Shown: positions 43,172 to 51,948 of the stretch, one piece after another
Layout: each line of letters opens with the position of its first letter
How positions within the stretch are numbered: position 1 is the first letter of the stretch
Assembly: GCA_019323015.1 (NCBI GenBank)
Contig: JAHWHY010000003.1
Location: forward strand, 29,654-93,653
Length of the DNA: 64,000 nucleotides
Direction of reading: 5' to 3'
Source: Candidatus Woesearchaeota archaeon
GTDB lineage: Archaea > Nanobdellota > Nanobdellia > Woesearchaeales > ARS49
Made by a program: the position numbers and the translations under genes
The notes under the pieces: model-generated
Databases searched by the model: none
What the model was told of the DNA's origin: nothing
The model's input: only the letters and a program-made list of their open reading frames with translations

Positions 43172-43513
43172 TCATTCTGGTATTTCATCAGGAGGAACAC
43201 CTTGTTCTTCTAAGCAGGAGTTGCAATATCCGTGGGATAACTTCTTGTAATTTCTTAGAAGCGCTTCAATAGGCCCTTCTCTTGGTATCCATTTGCCGTT
43301 TGGCTGGACTGCGTGGCATAATGAGCAGGAAGGCAAAAGCAGGTTATATTTACGGATAATAGCCAGCAATTGCGCAGTATTGAATCCTTCTAACGCATCT
43401 TTTTCAGGAAAAAGAAAGTCCATCCTATGATGCCCGTTATGTCCGGCATAGTTTTCTTCTGCCTTCTGGATTCTATACTTCACTAAGTCATCTAGTTCTT
43501 TTATGCTTCTCAT
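43172..43513 (-). CDS. hypothetical Cys/His-containing protein (113 aa)
   Basis: CSLCH ... SHGYCNSC putative metal-binding C-terminus. Confidence 0.5.
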   Translation of the reverse strand: MRSIKELDDLVKYRIQKAEENYAGHNGHHRMDFLFPEKDALEGFNTAQLLAIIRKYNLLLPSCSLCHAVQPNGKWIPREGPIEALLRNYKKLSHGYCNSCLEEQGVPPDEIPE

Positions 43514-43579
43514 GTCTTCACCACGAATACCATCGAGAAAAACAGGTGCTATATAAATGTATGTTATATAAGTTAACTC

Positions 43580-44005
43580 TCAGTACCTTTTCCTTGGACA
43601 GTCTGCAACATGTTTGTACAAGAAAGTCAATAATCCTGCCATGTCTTTCATATCATCTGCAAACAATGGTTTCCTGAATCTTGTGCTGACTTTTATTTTT
43701 TCCTGCAGCATCCTGCCTCGTAGTTTCTCACACAAGGCATTGTTTGGCCTGTCTGCACCTAACAATAGAATGACTTCTTTTTTCTTTCTGTGCAGGTAAT
43801 CGAATAATTTGTATTCTGGCCTGAAGTTTGTATATGCAATGACGTTCTTAACCTTTAATGCCTGCAAAATCTCTTTTGCTTTTTTGGTCTTGACAAGAAC
43901 TATTCTTCCTACAGATGCATTTCGGATATTTTCTAACCAATTAGTGTAAAGATCTAGTTTCCCTTCTGCTCTTCGCGTAGGCCGCGGATTTGCTCTTCTT
44001 GGCAT
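43580..44005 (-). CDS. hypothetical basic protein, possibly a degenerate small Toprim-like fold
   Basis: RIVLVKTKKAKEIL...EVILLLGADRPNNALCEKL resembles small archaeal Toprim proteins, but the catalytic E and DxD are not conserved. Confidence 0.4.
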   Translation of the reverse strand: MPRRANPRPTRRAEGKLDLYTNWLENIRNASVGRIVLVKTKKAKEILQALKVKNVIAYTNFRPEYKLFDYLHRKKKEVILLLGADRPNNALCEKLRGRMLQEKIKVSTRFRKPLFADDMKDMAGLLTFLYKHVADCPRKRY

Positions 44006-44018
44006 TTTTTTACCTCTT

Positions 44019-44834
44019 TTAGCTTAACTGCCGAAGTGTTTCCAGCATTTGCGCGCACACAACTAAAAATTCATTGACTTCTTTTAATAATTCTTTGTCT
44101 TGATCTTCTTTTCTTTGTTTTAAGATTGTTTTTCTGATCGCTTGCAGGTCTTCTTGTATCACTTCTATTTTTGCTATGTGTACTGGTATGTTTCTTGGCA
44201 TCTGGTTTGTCTGGCTTGCAGCGCTTATATCGTTTTTTGCCGCCTCAAAAATAGGCATTGCATCCATTGTTATCCTGTCTACTTCCTTGATTAACGGCGC
44301 TGTTACCTGCAGGTTTTTTAGTTCTTGTTTTAGGTTGATTATCTGGTTAAGCAGGTTTTGTGTTTCTTTTGTGCTGCCGCATTCTTGTGTAAGTATTCTC
44401 CAGTTTTGTTCTGCTCTTCTCAGGAAAGTTTCTGCTTTTTTGTAGTCTTCATCGGCCATTGCAAACATTGCTTCGTTTAATGCTTCGTCTACAGCAAGGG
44501 ATAATCTTATTGTTCTTAGTGCCCTATCTGTCTCTTCTGAAAGATCCTTTGATTCTTCAATTAAAGATTGTATTTCTGCAGCGATTTGGGCAGATTCTTT
44601 CTCTAACTCTGAAGCTTCTGGGTCATCTGCCCAGTTTTTTTCTGCCTGTATTCTGTCTACTTGCTCTATTGTGTCTTTGACTTTTTTGGGTGTTTCCACT
44701 ATTCTTTTAAATGCATACACTCCGAGAAGTCCTTTTGCAACAGCTACTGCCACCAGCACAGAAATTATACTTACAACTGTTAGTTTTCTTTTTATTTTAG
44801 CAAGCTTTTCTTGCAGCTGGTTTTCTTTAGACAT
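44019..44834 (-). CDS. membrane-anchored coiled-coil protein
   Basis: N-terminal TM segment VVSIISVLVAVAVAKGLLGVYAF followed by a long helical region. Confidence 0.55.
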   Translation of the reverse strand: MSKENQLQEKLAKIKRKLTVVSIISVLVAVAVAKGLLGVYAFKRIVETPKKVKDTIEQVDRIQAEKNWADDPEASELEKESAQIAAEIQSLIEESKDLSEETDRALRTIRLSLAVDEALNEAMFAMADEDYKKAETFLRRAEQNWRILTQECGSTKETQNLLNQIINLKQELKNLQVTAPLIKEVDRITMDAMPIFEAAKNDISAASQTNQMPRNIPVHIAKIEVIQEDLQAIRKTILKQRKEDQDKELLKEVNEFLVVCAQMLETLRQLS

Positions 44835-44859
44835 GGTTGCAGAAATTCAAAAAATAAAA

Positions 44860-45024
44860 TTATTCGCAGCTTATGCCTGCAACTTGCTCTACGACTTCGT
44901 CTATTTTTTCTTCAAGCTTTGCTTTTGCTTCTGGAGCAAGATCATATTCCTCTGCAAATACCGCAAGCCATTCTTTCAGCTTCCTTATTGCTTCTGCAGC
45001 ATCTTTTACATCTGGTTTATCCAT
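44860..45024 (-). CDS. small helical protein, 54 aa (MDKPDVKDAAEAIRKLKEW...), not in ORF track
   Basis: ATG 45024 is preceded by AAGGTGAT with a 3-nt spacer and by BRE/TATA CAGAAAAGCTTTTATAGGAG (minus strand, about 45076-45095). Confidence 0.5.
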   Translation of the reverse strand: MDKPDVKDAAEAIRKLKEWLAVFAEEYDLAPEAKAKLEEKIDEVVEQVAGISCE

Positions 45025-45103
45025 AATATCACCTTTTAAATTTGTTTTAATATTATACTCTCAACTCAGAATAACTCCTATAAAAGCTTTTCTGCAATAG
45101 AGT

Positions 45104-45634
45104 TTAGAAAGCGACTTTTTGGCCCTGCAGTATTGTGAACTGGCAGGGGAATTTTCTGCTTGCTTTTGTCAAGGCTTTTCTTCCTAATTCCAAATCTTTC
45201 TTGTTGATTCTCAAGGACATTATTGTCTGTCCTTTCTTTATTCTTGCTGCAATGCCGATGACTTTACCAAATGAGTGTGCCATGCCTGTGCTCATCCTGT
45301 CTGCTCCTGCTCCTGCAGCCAATGGATTCTCTCTTAGAACATGATGCGGATAAACCCTTACTTTTAGGTGATATCCTGTTTTTCCCAAGACTTTTTCTAA
45401 AGCCCTGTTGCTTGTCTGCCTTGCAGCTTCCAGTGCATTATCTCTTATCTGTATGTCTGACCTGCACACCAAATGCAGGGAAGTCTCAAACTCCTTTTGT
45501 GCATTTCCCATATCAAACCTTACAACTCTGCATACAGGTCTGGCTCTGACAAAACGCATCTTCTTGTATTTAGAATACCTTGTATACGGTCTTTCCAGCC
45601 TCCTGTAAGCAACTGCTTTTCTAAGTCTTGCCAT
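45104..45634 (-). CDS. rpl10e: 50S ribosomal protein L10e (uL16)
   Basis: MARLRKAVAYRRLERPYTR...RVYPHHVLRENP...GAGADRM is the canonical sequence. Confidence 0.95.
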   Translation of the reverse strand: MARLRKAVAYRRLERPYTRYSKYKKMRFVRARPVCRVVRFDMGNAQKEFETSLHLVCRSDIQIRDNALEAARQTSNRALEKVLGKTGYHLKVRVYPHHVLRENPLAAGAGADRMSTGMAHSFGKVIGIAARIKKGQTIMSLRINKKDLELGRKALTKASRKFPCQFTILQGQKVAF

Positions 45635-45740
45635 TTTTTAACCTAGTCCATCACTTCTCAAGGTCTCTATCCTTTGAATTCTGCGATTTTCCGCTAGAGA
45701 CACTTTTTCTCCATATTTTGAGTACAGTTGAGCGCAGGTC

Positions 45741-45756
45741 CTTTATAAAGTTTGCC
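45741..45756 (-). promoter_or_regulatory. BRE/TATA promoter of rpl10e (implies about 80-nt leader containing a hairpin)
   Basis: Minus-strand GGCAAACTTTATAAAG. The leader contains the GTCTCTA...TAGAGAC inverted repeat (about 45669-45708). Confidence 0.45.
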
Positions 45757-45776
45757 TCTAGTTTGAATTAAAAACC

Positions 45777-45842
45777 GAAGTAGGCCATTGATTTCATGCA
45801 AAACTAGAAGTAGGCCATCACCTTTTCAGAAGTAGGCCATCA
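45777..45842. repeat. three direct copies of GAAGTAGGCCAT (copies 2 and 3 extended: AGAAGTAGGCCATCA)
   Basis: Copies at 45777-45788, 45806-45820 and 45828-45842. On the minus strand each reads ATGGCCTACTTC (MAYF) followed soon by a stop. Confidence 0.8.
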
Positions 45843-46094
45843 CTTGCTGGATATAAGAAAGGACTGCCCTTTTAGCTTGATTAAGTCCTCTCCTGGCCTT
45901 CCTTTTCCATCCAAGAATATCAGAATACCCTTTCTTTTATTGCACTCAACCAGGTAATAGTATAGCTCATCTCCGCGCTTTAGGGCGTTTCCAAGGACTA
46001 TTTCTTTGACTAGGGTAAGAAAATAATTTGTTCTTTTTTGCTGTAAAAGCACTTTCCAGCCAAGTCCTTGAAATGATACTTGTATTTTGACCAC
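45840..46094 (-). CDS. possible small AbrB/SpoVT-like protein (84 aa)
   Basis: NYFLTLVKEIVLGNALKRGDELYYYL resembles the AbrB swapped-hairpin motif. GTG start with a weak SD; competing overlapping frames. Confidence 0.3.
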   Translation of the reverse strand: MVKIQVSFQGLGWKVLLQQKRTNYFLTLVKEIVLGNALKRGDELYYYLVECNKRKGILIFLDGKGRPGEDLIKLKGQSFLISSK

Positions 46095-46196
46095 CCCGAA
46101 TAATATCCAAGACTGCCGGACATATTAAACTTGTTTGAAGATTTTTTGTCATTTATCGAAAAATATATATACTTATTCTGTTTTTGAATTAATATT

Positions 46197-47192
46197 ATGG
46201 GGGAAGGTAATTTGTTTACCAAGGATAAGAAAATAATTCTCGAACTAGACAATGATGCCCGCCAGAGCAACAGCCAGATAGCTAAGAAAGTCGGTCTTAA
46301 CAAGCAAGTTGTCAATTATCGGCTTAATAAATTAATTAAAGAAGGAGTTATACAAAATTTTAGGACAATCATCAATGCAGAGATGCTTGGTTTTGATTAT
46401 CATGATATTTTTATCAAAAGGCAAAACTTTAGCCCTGAGAAAGAAAAAGAGTTTGTTGAATATATCAAGAGTTGTGATTTTGTTTCTTGGTTTATTGAAG
46501 CAAGCGGGCAGTTTGATTATGTCATTGCAATCTTTTCTAAGAATTTGATTCAGTTTAATAATCATTTGTCTGAGATTCTTGCTAAGTTTGAAGATTATAT
46601 TGCTGATTATAAGATCTTGACAATCATTGAAGCTTACAAATTAAAATATAAATATTTGGCTGATAAAGATATTGAATTGCCTAAGCCGATTTATGCTGGA
46701 AAAGTTGAAGAAGAAAGGACTAGCATAAAATTAGATAAAGAAGATTTGCAGATACTTAATTTTTTAGATCATGATGCAAGAATGCCGATAACTGAAATTT
46801 CTAAAAAGACTAAACTGACACCCAACATTGTAAGTTATCGAATTAAGAAGATGAAACAGACTGGTTTTATTCAAGGTTTCAGGACTATTGTTGATGTTTC
46901 GAAGATTGGTTATCAATGGCATGTCATTTTGTTCAAACTTAATGCTTTGTCTCCAAGAAGAATCAAAGAACTGATTACTTTTTTGCAGGATCATAATAAT
47001 TGCGTTTACATAGTTCAAGGCATCGGTTCTTGGAATCTCATGGCAGACTTCCACATCAAAGACGCAACTCATATTTACGACATTGTCAAAGACATAAAAA
47101 GCAAATACGGCGACTTAATCAAAGCATACACAACTCTGCAGATTCCAAATATCTATAAGAGTATATTTTTTCCCAAACTAGCGATGAAATAA
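46197..47192 (+). CDS. tandem (duplicated) Lrp/AsnC-type regulator, two HTH+RAM-like units
   Basis: LDNDARQSNSQIAKKVGLNKQVVNYRLNKLIKEGVIQNF and LDHDARMPITEISKKTKLTPNIVSYRIKKMKQTGFIQGF. Confidence 0.8.
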   Translation: MGEGNLFTKDKKIILELDNDARQSNSQIAKKVGLNKQVVNYRLNKLIKEGVIQNFRTIINAEMLGFDYHDIFIKRQNFSPEKEKEFVEYIKSCDFVSWFIEASGQFDYVIAIFSKNLIQFNNHLSEILAKFEDYIADYKILTIIEAYKLKYKYLADKDIELPKPIYAGKVEEERTSIKLDKEDLQILNFLDHDARMPITEISKKTKLTPNIVSYRIKKMKQTGFIQGFRTIVDVSKIGYQWHVILFKLNALSPRRIKELITFLQDHNNCVYIVQGIGSWNLMADFHIKDATHIYDIVKDIKSKYGDLIKAYTTLQIPNIYKSIFFPKLAMK

Positions 47193-47429
47193 TTACTCTT
47201 TCAACTTCAATTCCAGAAATCTTACATAAAAATCTAAACGTTCTGTATTTGTGCTTTCTTTTAAGAATTTTCCATTTACAAACGCGTGTGTTAAGAATTC
47301 TGTATCTATAGAATTAAATTCGATTTTAATCTGGTCTTTGTTCAAACCTTTTTTCTTAAATTTATTTGTTAATTTCTTTTTAACTTCTCGAAATCTTTTT
47401 TTTACTTTTTTCATTTCCATTTTATTCAC
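47193..47429 (-). CDS. hypothetical Lys-rich protein (78 aa)
   Basis: 4-nt overlap with the M16 peptidase gene stop. No motif recognised. Confidence 0.45.
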   Translation of the reverse strand: MNKMEMKKVKKRFREVKKKLTNKFKKKGLNKDQIKIEFNSIDTEFLTHAFVNGKFLKESTNTERLDFYVRFLELKLKE

Positions 47430-48703
47430 CTCTTCAACGGATCTCTTATCAATAGAACATATTTTCCGTTTTCTCTATCGCTAGGCAAGTATTTATTTGC
47501 TGCTTCTCTTATTTGTTCTGGTGTTACTGAACTCATGTTTTGTATAAATTTATCTGCGGTCAAGCCGTGATCTATTTTTATTTCTATTGCGCCGGCGTGT
47601 CCTGAATTTGTTTCAAATTTTTTGGCAAAATTATATAATAATTGTTTTTTTAATAGATCTAGTTCTCCAGGATATACTAATTCTTTTTTAATTTTTGCAA
47701 ATTGTGCAAACATTAAGTCTAATGCTTCGTCTGTTCTCTTTGAATGAATATTTCCTCGGAATGTAATCAATCCATCATTATTTGAAGCTTGATAACTGCA
47801 ATCTACATGGTATGAAAGACCGGCATCTGCAATGCATAAAGGTATTCTTGATTTATGGTTTCCTGCAAGAATTGTTGCAAGAACCCTCATAGCATATGAA
47901 TCTTTATCTGTGCCTGTTGGTCCAAGGAATGCTAATGCCATGAAAGCATTGCTTTGTTCAGGACTGTCATGATTGTATAAATCGGGTGCAAGAGTATGAA
48001 TTATGGTTTTATCTTTTAAAGGTCTTACTCTGGGAAATTTAAATTTTTGTTTTTCTCCTCTTGGAAGTTCTGAAAAGTGCTTTCTGACTAATTCTTCAAC
48101 ATTTTTAGGCAATGCTCCTACAAGAATTAAGTCTGAATTATCCGAACAAAATCCTTTTTCATGAAGTTTTCTTAAATCTTCCTGAGTTGCGATTGCAATA
48201 ACTTCTTCTTTTCCAGAGACAGGATATATATGAGGAGAATCTGTACCATAGACTGCTTCGTTTGCTGTTTTCATATCTCTAAAATAAGGTGCACTTTTAT
48301 AGTCAGATATTTCCCTTAAAACTCTTTGTCTTTCAATATTTAAGATTCGCTCATCTAATCTGGGATAAAAAGTAGAATCTGCCATAAATTCTAAGCTCAT
48401 ATCAATATCTTGAGGAAGTATATCAACTATAACATTAGTCTCATCTCTGCTAGTAGACGCGTTAGTACATCCTAAAGAAGATCTTATTCCAGTCACTTGG
48501 TCAATATCAAATTTTCTAGAACCTCCATTTACAAGAACGTGTTCTAAAAGATGAGCTAATCCTTCTTGTCCTGGTTCTTCATTTAAAGCTCCGGAATTAA
48601 CTCTTAATCTAGCAAAAATAGTTTGAGTAGGTGTTTTCTGCAAAGCTACAAATAATCCATTATCAAGCTTGAATTCTTTATAGTTTCCATTCATAATAAC
48701 CAT
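47426..48703 (-). CDS. M16-family (pitrilysin/insulinase-like) zinc peptidase
   Basis: Inverted zinc motif GLAHLLEHVLVNGG (HxxEH), with a two-domain M16 length. Confidence 0.85.
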   Translation of the reverse strand: MVIMNGNYKEFKLDNGLFVALQKTPTQTIFARLRVNSGALNEEPGQEGLAHLLEHVLVNGGSRKFDIDQVTGIRSSLGCTNASTSRDETNVIVDILPQDIDMSLEFMADSTFYPRLDERILNIERQRVLREISDYKSAPYFRDMKTANEAVYGTDSPHIYPVSGKEEVIAIATQEDLRKLHEKGFCSDNSDLILVGALPKNVEELVRKHFSELPRGEKQKFKFPRVRPLKDKTIIHTLAPDLYNHDSPEQSNAFMALAFLGPTGTDKDSYAMRVLATILAGNHKSRIPLCIADAGLSYHVDCSYQASNNDGLITFRGNIHSKRTDEALDLMFAQFAKIKKELVYPGELDLLKKQLLYNFAKKFETNSGHAGAIEIKIDHGLTADKFIQNMSSVTPEQIREAANKYLPSDRENGKYVLLIRDPLKR

Positions 48704-48722
48704 AGAGTATTCTATAGAAATG

Positions 48723-48740
48723 CCCTTTATAAAGCTTCGC
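48723..48740 (-). promoter_or_regulatory. BRE/TATA promoter of the M16 peptidase gene
   Basis: Minus-strand GCGAAGCTTTATAAAGGG is centred about 26 nt upstream of the ATG (leaderless-like). Confidence 0.5.
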
Positions 48741-48775
48741 TTTATTTACTACTTATTGGTGTCAAAGATTATTAA

Positions 48776-49144
48776 TCAATACCTAACCTCATCCATTTCA
48801 AATCTTGGCGTATAAATCGCTTGGAATTCTAGCACTTTGTCATCTAGATTAGTTATTGTGTGCCTTTCTTTATTTGCAATAAACAGATACATCGGTTCTG
48901 TATCATTGTATTCTCCTTCTTTTCCGCCTATTCTGTATTTGAAGTGCCCTCCTTTGTAGAAAAAGTATATTTCGTGGCCGTTGTCTGCTCTTTCATGGTG
49001 ATGATCAGTCATTGTTTGTCCTGCTTCTATTTTTGCGTGTATTATGCTTAGTTTTTTATCCCAGTCTGTTGGAAAAACTCTTACATGTATGTTTTCTTGG
49101 TCTGCAAAAAACCATTCTATGCTTTCTGGTTCTATTGTTTTCAT
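48776..49144 (-). CDS. cupin-domain protein
   Basis: AGQTMTDHHHE...HEIYFFYKG and ERHTITN match cupin motifs 1 and 2. SD GGAGGG; 15-nt gap after the radical SAM gene. Confidence 0.6.
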   Translation of the reverse strand: MKTIEPESIEWFFADQENIHVRVFPTDWDKKLSIIHAKIEAGQTMTDHHHERADNGHEIYFFYKGGHFKYRIGGKEGEYNDTEPMYLFIANKERHTITNLDDKVLEFQAIYTPRFEMDEVRY

Positions 49145-49159
49145 GTTTTATCCCTCCGT

Positions 49160-49963
49160 TTAAGTATAACTTGGTTGTGCAAGTTTAGGATGGTTTGCTA
49201 AAACCTCTTCTACATCTTGCGTTTTCAGATCTCCAAAAGGATGATTTTCTCCTTTGATTACTGCATAAGCTATTCCTTGAGGAGATATTATGAAAAAAGT
49301 ATCTTCTGTCTTTTTCCTTGAAAACTTTACTCTAAAAGGAAATTCATATCTTCTTACTTTATCTTCAATTCTGGAAAAGTCATCATTGCTGATTTCTAGT
49401 TCTGATTGGTATTGTTTTCCTCTGTTAACTGGATTAAACTGGAAAATGCTCCATTGGCTGATATTATGTGACTCAATAATCTTGCCTATATTGAATATTT
49501 CATCTTGATTTAATCTTGTAGCAAGTGTATTGATCTTTAGATCAATATCTAATCCATCAATTGTATTCATTAATTCTATGCTTTTGCCATACAAAGCATG
49601 GCTTCCTCTCATCAAGTATTGAGTTCCTGCATTATCTCCATCTAATGGCAAGCTGATTCTGTCAAGAGATGGTTCTAATTCTATTAATCCTTGCTCAGAA
49701 GCCAATAGTCCATTTGTGTCAATTGCGCTTTTTAATCCTTGTTCTTTGATGTATTTTACTAGCTCTGCAATATCATTTCTTAATAAGGGATCTCCTCCTG
49801 TAAAGCAGAATAATTCGCTTCCATGCTCTGCCATCTTCTTGATTATTCCTTTGACTTCTTCAGTATTCATTCCAGTAGGAGTGAATGTAGCAAAGCAGAA
49901 ATGACAGTTAAGATTGCAATAATTGTTCGCCTCAAGATGAACTGTCTTAATCCTTACCCCCAT
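49160..49963 (-). CDS. radical SAM enzyme, short SPASM-less form with viperin-like motif order
   Basis: CNLNCHFCF (CxxxCxxC, nt 49895-49918), FTGGDPLL, LKINTLATRLNQDE, QWSIFQ, ISNDDFSRI. The radical SAM call is confident; the viperin-like assignment is tentative. Confidence 0.85.
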   Translation of the reverse strand: MGVRIKTVHLEANNYCNLNCHFCFATFTPTGMNTEEVKGIIKKMAEHGSELFCFTGGDPLLRNDIAELVKYIKEQGLKSAIDTNGLLASEQGLIELEPSLDRISLPLDGDNAGTQYLMRGSHALYGKSIELMNTIDGLDIDLKINTLATRLNQDEIFNIGKIIESHNISQWSIFQFNPVNRGKQYQSELEISNDDFSRIEDKVRRYEFPFRVKFSRKKTEDTFFIISPQGIAYAVIKGENHPFGDLKTQDVEEVLANHPKLAQPSYT

Positions 49964-50108
49964 AAAATACTATAATCCTAGAAAGAAATATAAAAGTTTG
50001 CATATGATTTTTTGTCATATCTAGAAAAAAAGAAGGATTTTTGTGGGTGTGGATTAATTGCGAGTCTTTAGAAAAATTTATAAATATTCTTCAATATATG
50101 AAAATAAT

Positions 50109-50492
50109 ATGAAAACCATTCTAGTAGATGCAGTTAATTGTTTTATAATTAAAGGCGAAGGTGTTTTTAGAGCTATGCATGAACTGCTTGAAAAATATTC
50201 TAATAAAAAAATTATTCTTACCGGTGCAAATGATGAACAAATGAAAAATTTTGGATTAGATAATGCCTCCTATGAAGTCTTTACATTAAAACACAACCCG
50301 GAAAAAACAGATCCAAAATATTATGAAACAATGCTTAATCATTTTGACTTAGATGCAAAAGATGTAATCTATTTTGAACATGATGAAGAAGCAGTAAAAA
50401 GTGCTCAATCTGTAGGAATAACTACTTTACATTATGATAAAGATAAAAAAGATTTAGTTGAGCTGAAGAAATTCTTGGATGAGAATTTATAA
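50109..50492 (+). CDS. HAD-like fold protein with degenerate motif I
   Basis: MKTILVDAVNCF..., ILTGAND, DVIYFEHDEEAVKSAQSVGI. ATG 50109 is preferred because the track TTG 50058 includes the TATA box TTTATAAATATT. Confidence 0.4.
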   Translation: MKTILVDAVNCFIIKGEGVFRAMHELLEKYSNKKIILTGANDEQMKNFGLDNASYEVFTLKHNPEKTDPKYYETMLNHFDLDAKDVIYFEHDEEAVKSAQSVGITTLHYDKDKKDLVELKKFLDENL

Positions 50493-50520
50493 TGCTGTTC
50501 TTCTAAAATTTACTTTAAAA

Positions 50521-50916
50521 TTAAAATAATTTCTTGGCTTTAAGATCAGAAAACACTTCCTCTTCTATAACTGGAATAATAAGATATTTCTTATTTTCAA
50601 AATCCCCTTTAGATAACCATATTACTTCTTTTATTTCTTTATCTGGTTTTGGAGTTCCTTCAATTTCAACTAAGTACATTCTATTTTTCATCATATAATC
50701 ATGATAATGTGATTTACGCATATATTCTCCAAAGAATTTCATGGATTTTAATTTAACTCCTATTTCTTCATCTAATTCGCGTTGTAAGCATTCTTCTTCT
50801 GATTCATTATTATCTATTTTTCCGCCAGGAGTCCACAGTTCTTTATGCACTCCTTTAAGCATTAGAATTTTGTCGTTTTGGATTATGATTGCACCAACTC
50901 TAGTTTTAGTTTCCAT
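50521..50916 (-). CDS. NUDIX hydrolase
   Basis: Nudix box GGKIDNNESEEECLQRELDEEIGV. Confidence 0.85.
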   Translation of the reverse strand: METKTRVGAIIIQNDKILMLKGVHKELWTPGGKIDNNESEEECLQRELDEEIGVKLKSMKFFGEYMRKSHYHDYMMKNRMYLVEIEGTPKPDKEIKEVIWLSKGDFENKKYLIIPVIEEEVFSDLKAKKLF

Positions 50917-50959
50917 GAAATAATTAAAAAGAATAGGTTATATAAAGATATCTGTTAAA

Positions 50960-51220
50960 CTATTTCTCCCTAAAGGACATAGGATATCTTCCTGTTTTCA
51001 AGGCATAAATCAAAAGAGCTCCTGCAAATATGAATAATGCAAATCCAATAAGAGTAAATAAATATATTTCTTTTTGTATTGTAATGTAAGTCCATACTGT
51101 TGCAAATATTACGAAGAATCCTAATTGCAGTAAAATAAACCATCTTGGATAGTGGATGTGGTATTCTTTCATGTTACGTATAAATTGTTTATTGTTTATA
51201 AAGATAATGCCCAAACACAT
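50960..51220 (-). CDS. small membrane protein (2-3 TM)
   Basis: Hydrophobicity only. Confidence 0.45.
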   Translation of the reverse strand: MCLGIIFINNKQFIRNMKEYHIHYPRWFILLQLGFFVIFATVWTYITIQKEIYLFTLIGFALFIFAGALLIYALKTGRYPMSFREK

Positions 51221-51327
51221 ATAAATCAGATTCGTTATGGTTCTGGAGCAGAAATGGTTTTCAGTTTGGATTAGAATATTCCTTCACAACCCATATTTTT
51301 ATAAATAATTACTTATTTTCTTTTATT

Positions 51328-51894
51328 ATGGATATAATACTGGCGTCTAATTCCAGTTTTAGAAAAAACGCTTTAGATATTTTAGGTCTGAAGTATAAAG
51401 TAATTTCTAGCAATTTTGATGAAAAGTCAATAAGAAATGAAAATCCAGAAGAGTTGGCAAAAGAGTTAGCAGAAGCAAAAGCCAAGGTGGTTGGTGAGAA
51501 AAATAAAAATGCTATCATAATCGCGGCAGATTTATTTGTAGTATTTAATAACAAAGTATATGAAAAACCAGAGACTAAAAATGAAGCGTTTGAAATGCTA
51601 AAGTCTTTTTCAGGTAACAACATTGATATTATTGCAGGTCTTGCAGTGTATAATTCTAGTACAGAAAAGATGCTCTCAAGTGCAGATAAGTATACGGTTA
51701 AGTTTAGAGAATTGAAAGATTATGAAATTAATGATTATATAGAACGCGATCCTGTTCTGAAATTATCTGGAGCATTTGGACCAAATGGTTTAGTGCGTTT
51801 TGCAGAAACCATAGAAGGGCATTACCCTTTTGTTACTGCATTGCCTATGAGCAAGTTAATTCTTTTTCTAAGAGAAAATGGTTTAAGAGTATAA
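51328..51894 (+). CDS. maf: Maf-like nucleoside triphosphate pyrophosphatase
   Basis: IILASNSSFRKNALDILGL...SNFDEK...AADLF..., with length and motif order of the Maf family. Confidence 0.85.
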   Translation: MDIILASNSSFRKNALDILGLKYKVISSNFDEKSIRNENPEELAKELAEAKAKVVGEKNKNAIIIAADLFVVFNNKVYEKPETKNEAFEMLKSFSGNNIDIIAGLAVYNSSTEKMLSSADKYTVKFRELKDYEINDYIERDPVLKLSGAFGPNGLVRFAETIEGHYPFVTALPMSKLILFLRENGLRV

Positions 51895-51948
51895 TCAAAT
51901 CTCTCACAACCCATACTTTTTTAAATTATTTATTACTTTCTTTATTCT

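Noticed and set aside
45777-45842. Possible mini CRISPR array
   Set aside because: There are only three copies of a 12-15-bp unit with 7-18-bp spacers. That is far shorter than CRISPR repeats and spacers, and no cas genes are present.
45967-46315. Overlapping minus-strand ORFs 45967-46152 and 46010-46315, considered as pieces of a frameshifted pseudogene together with 45840-46094
   Set aside because: I could not build a convincing continuous protein across the frames. The 101-aa ORF also overlaps the promoter and start of the plus-strand Lrp gene. Only the AbrB-like frame was kept, at low confidence.
47193-49963. RiPP or PQQ-like cluster hypothesis (radical SAM + M16 peptidase + small ORF)
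   Set aside because: The radical SAM protein has no SPASM or twitch Cys clusters. A BRE/TATA promoter (48723-48740) separates the cupin gene from the peptidase gene. The 78-aa ORF is Lys-rich, lies downstream of the peptidase and has no precursor-like Cys/Ser/Thr core.
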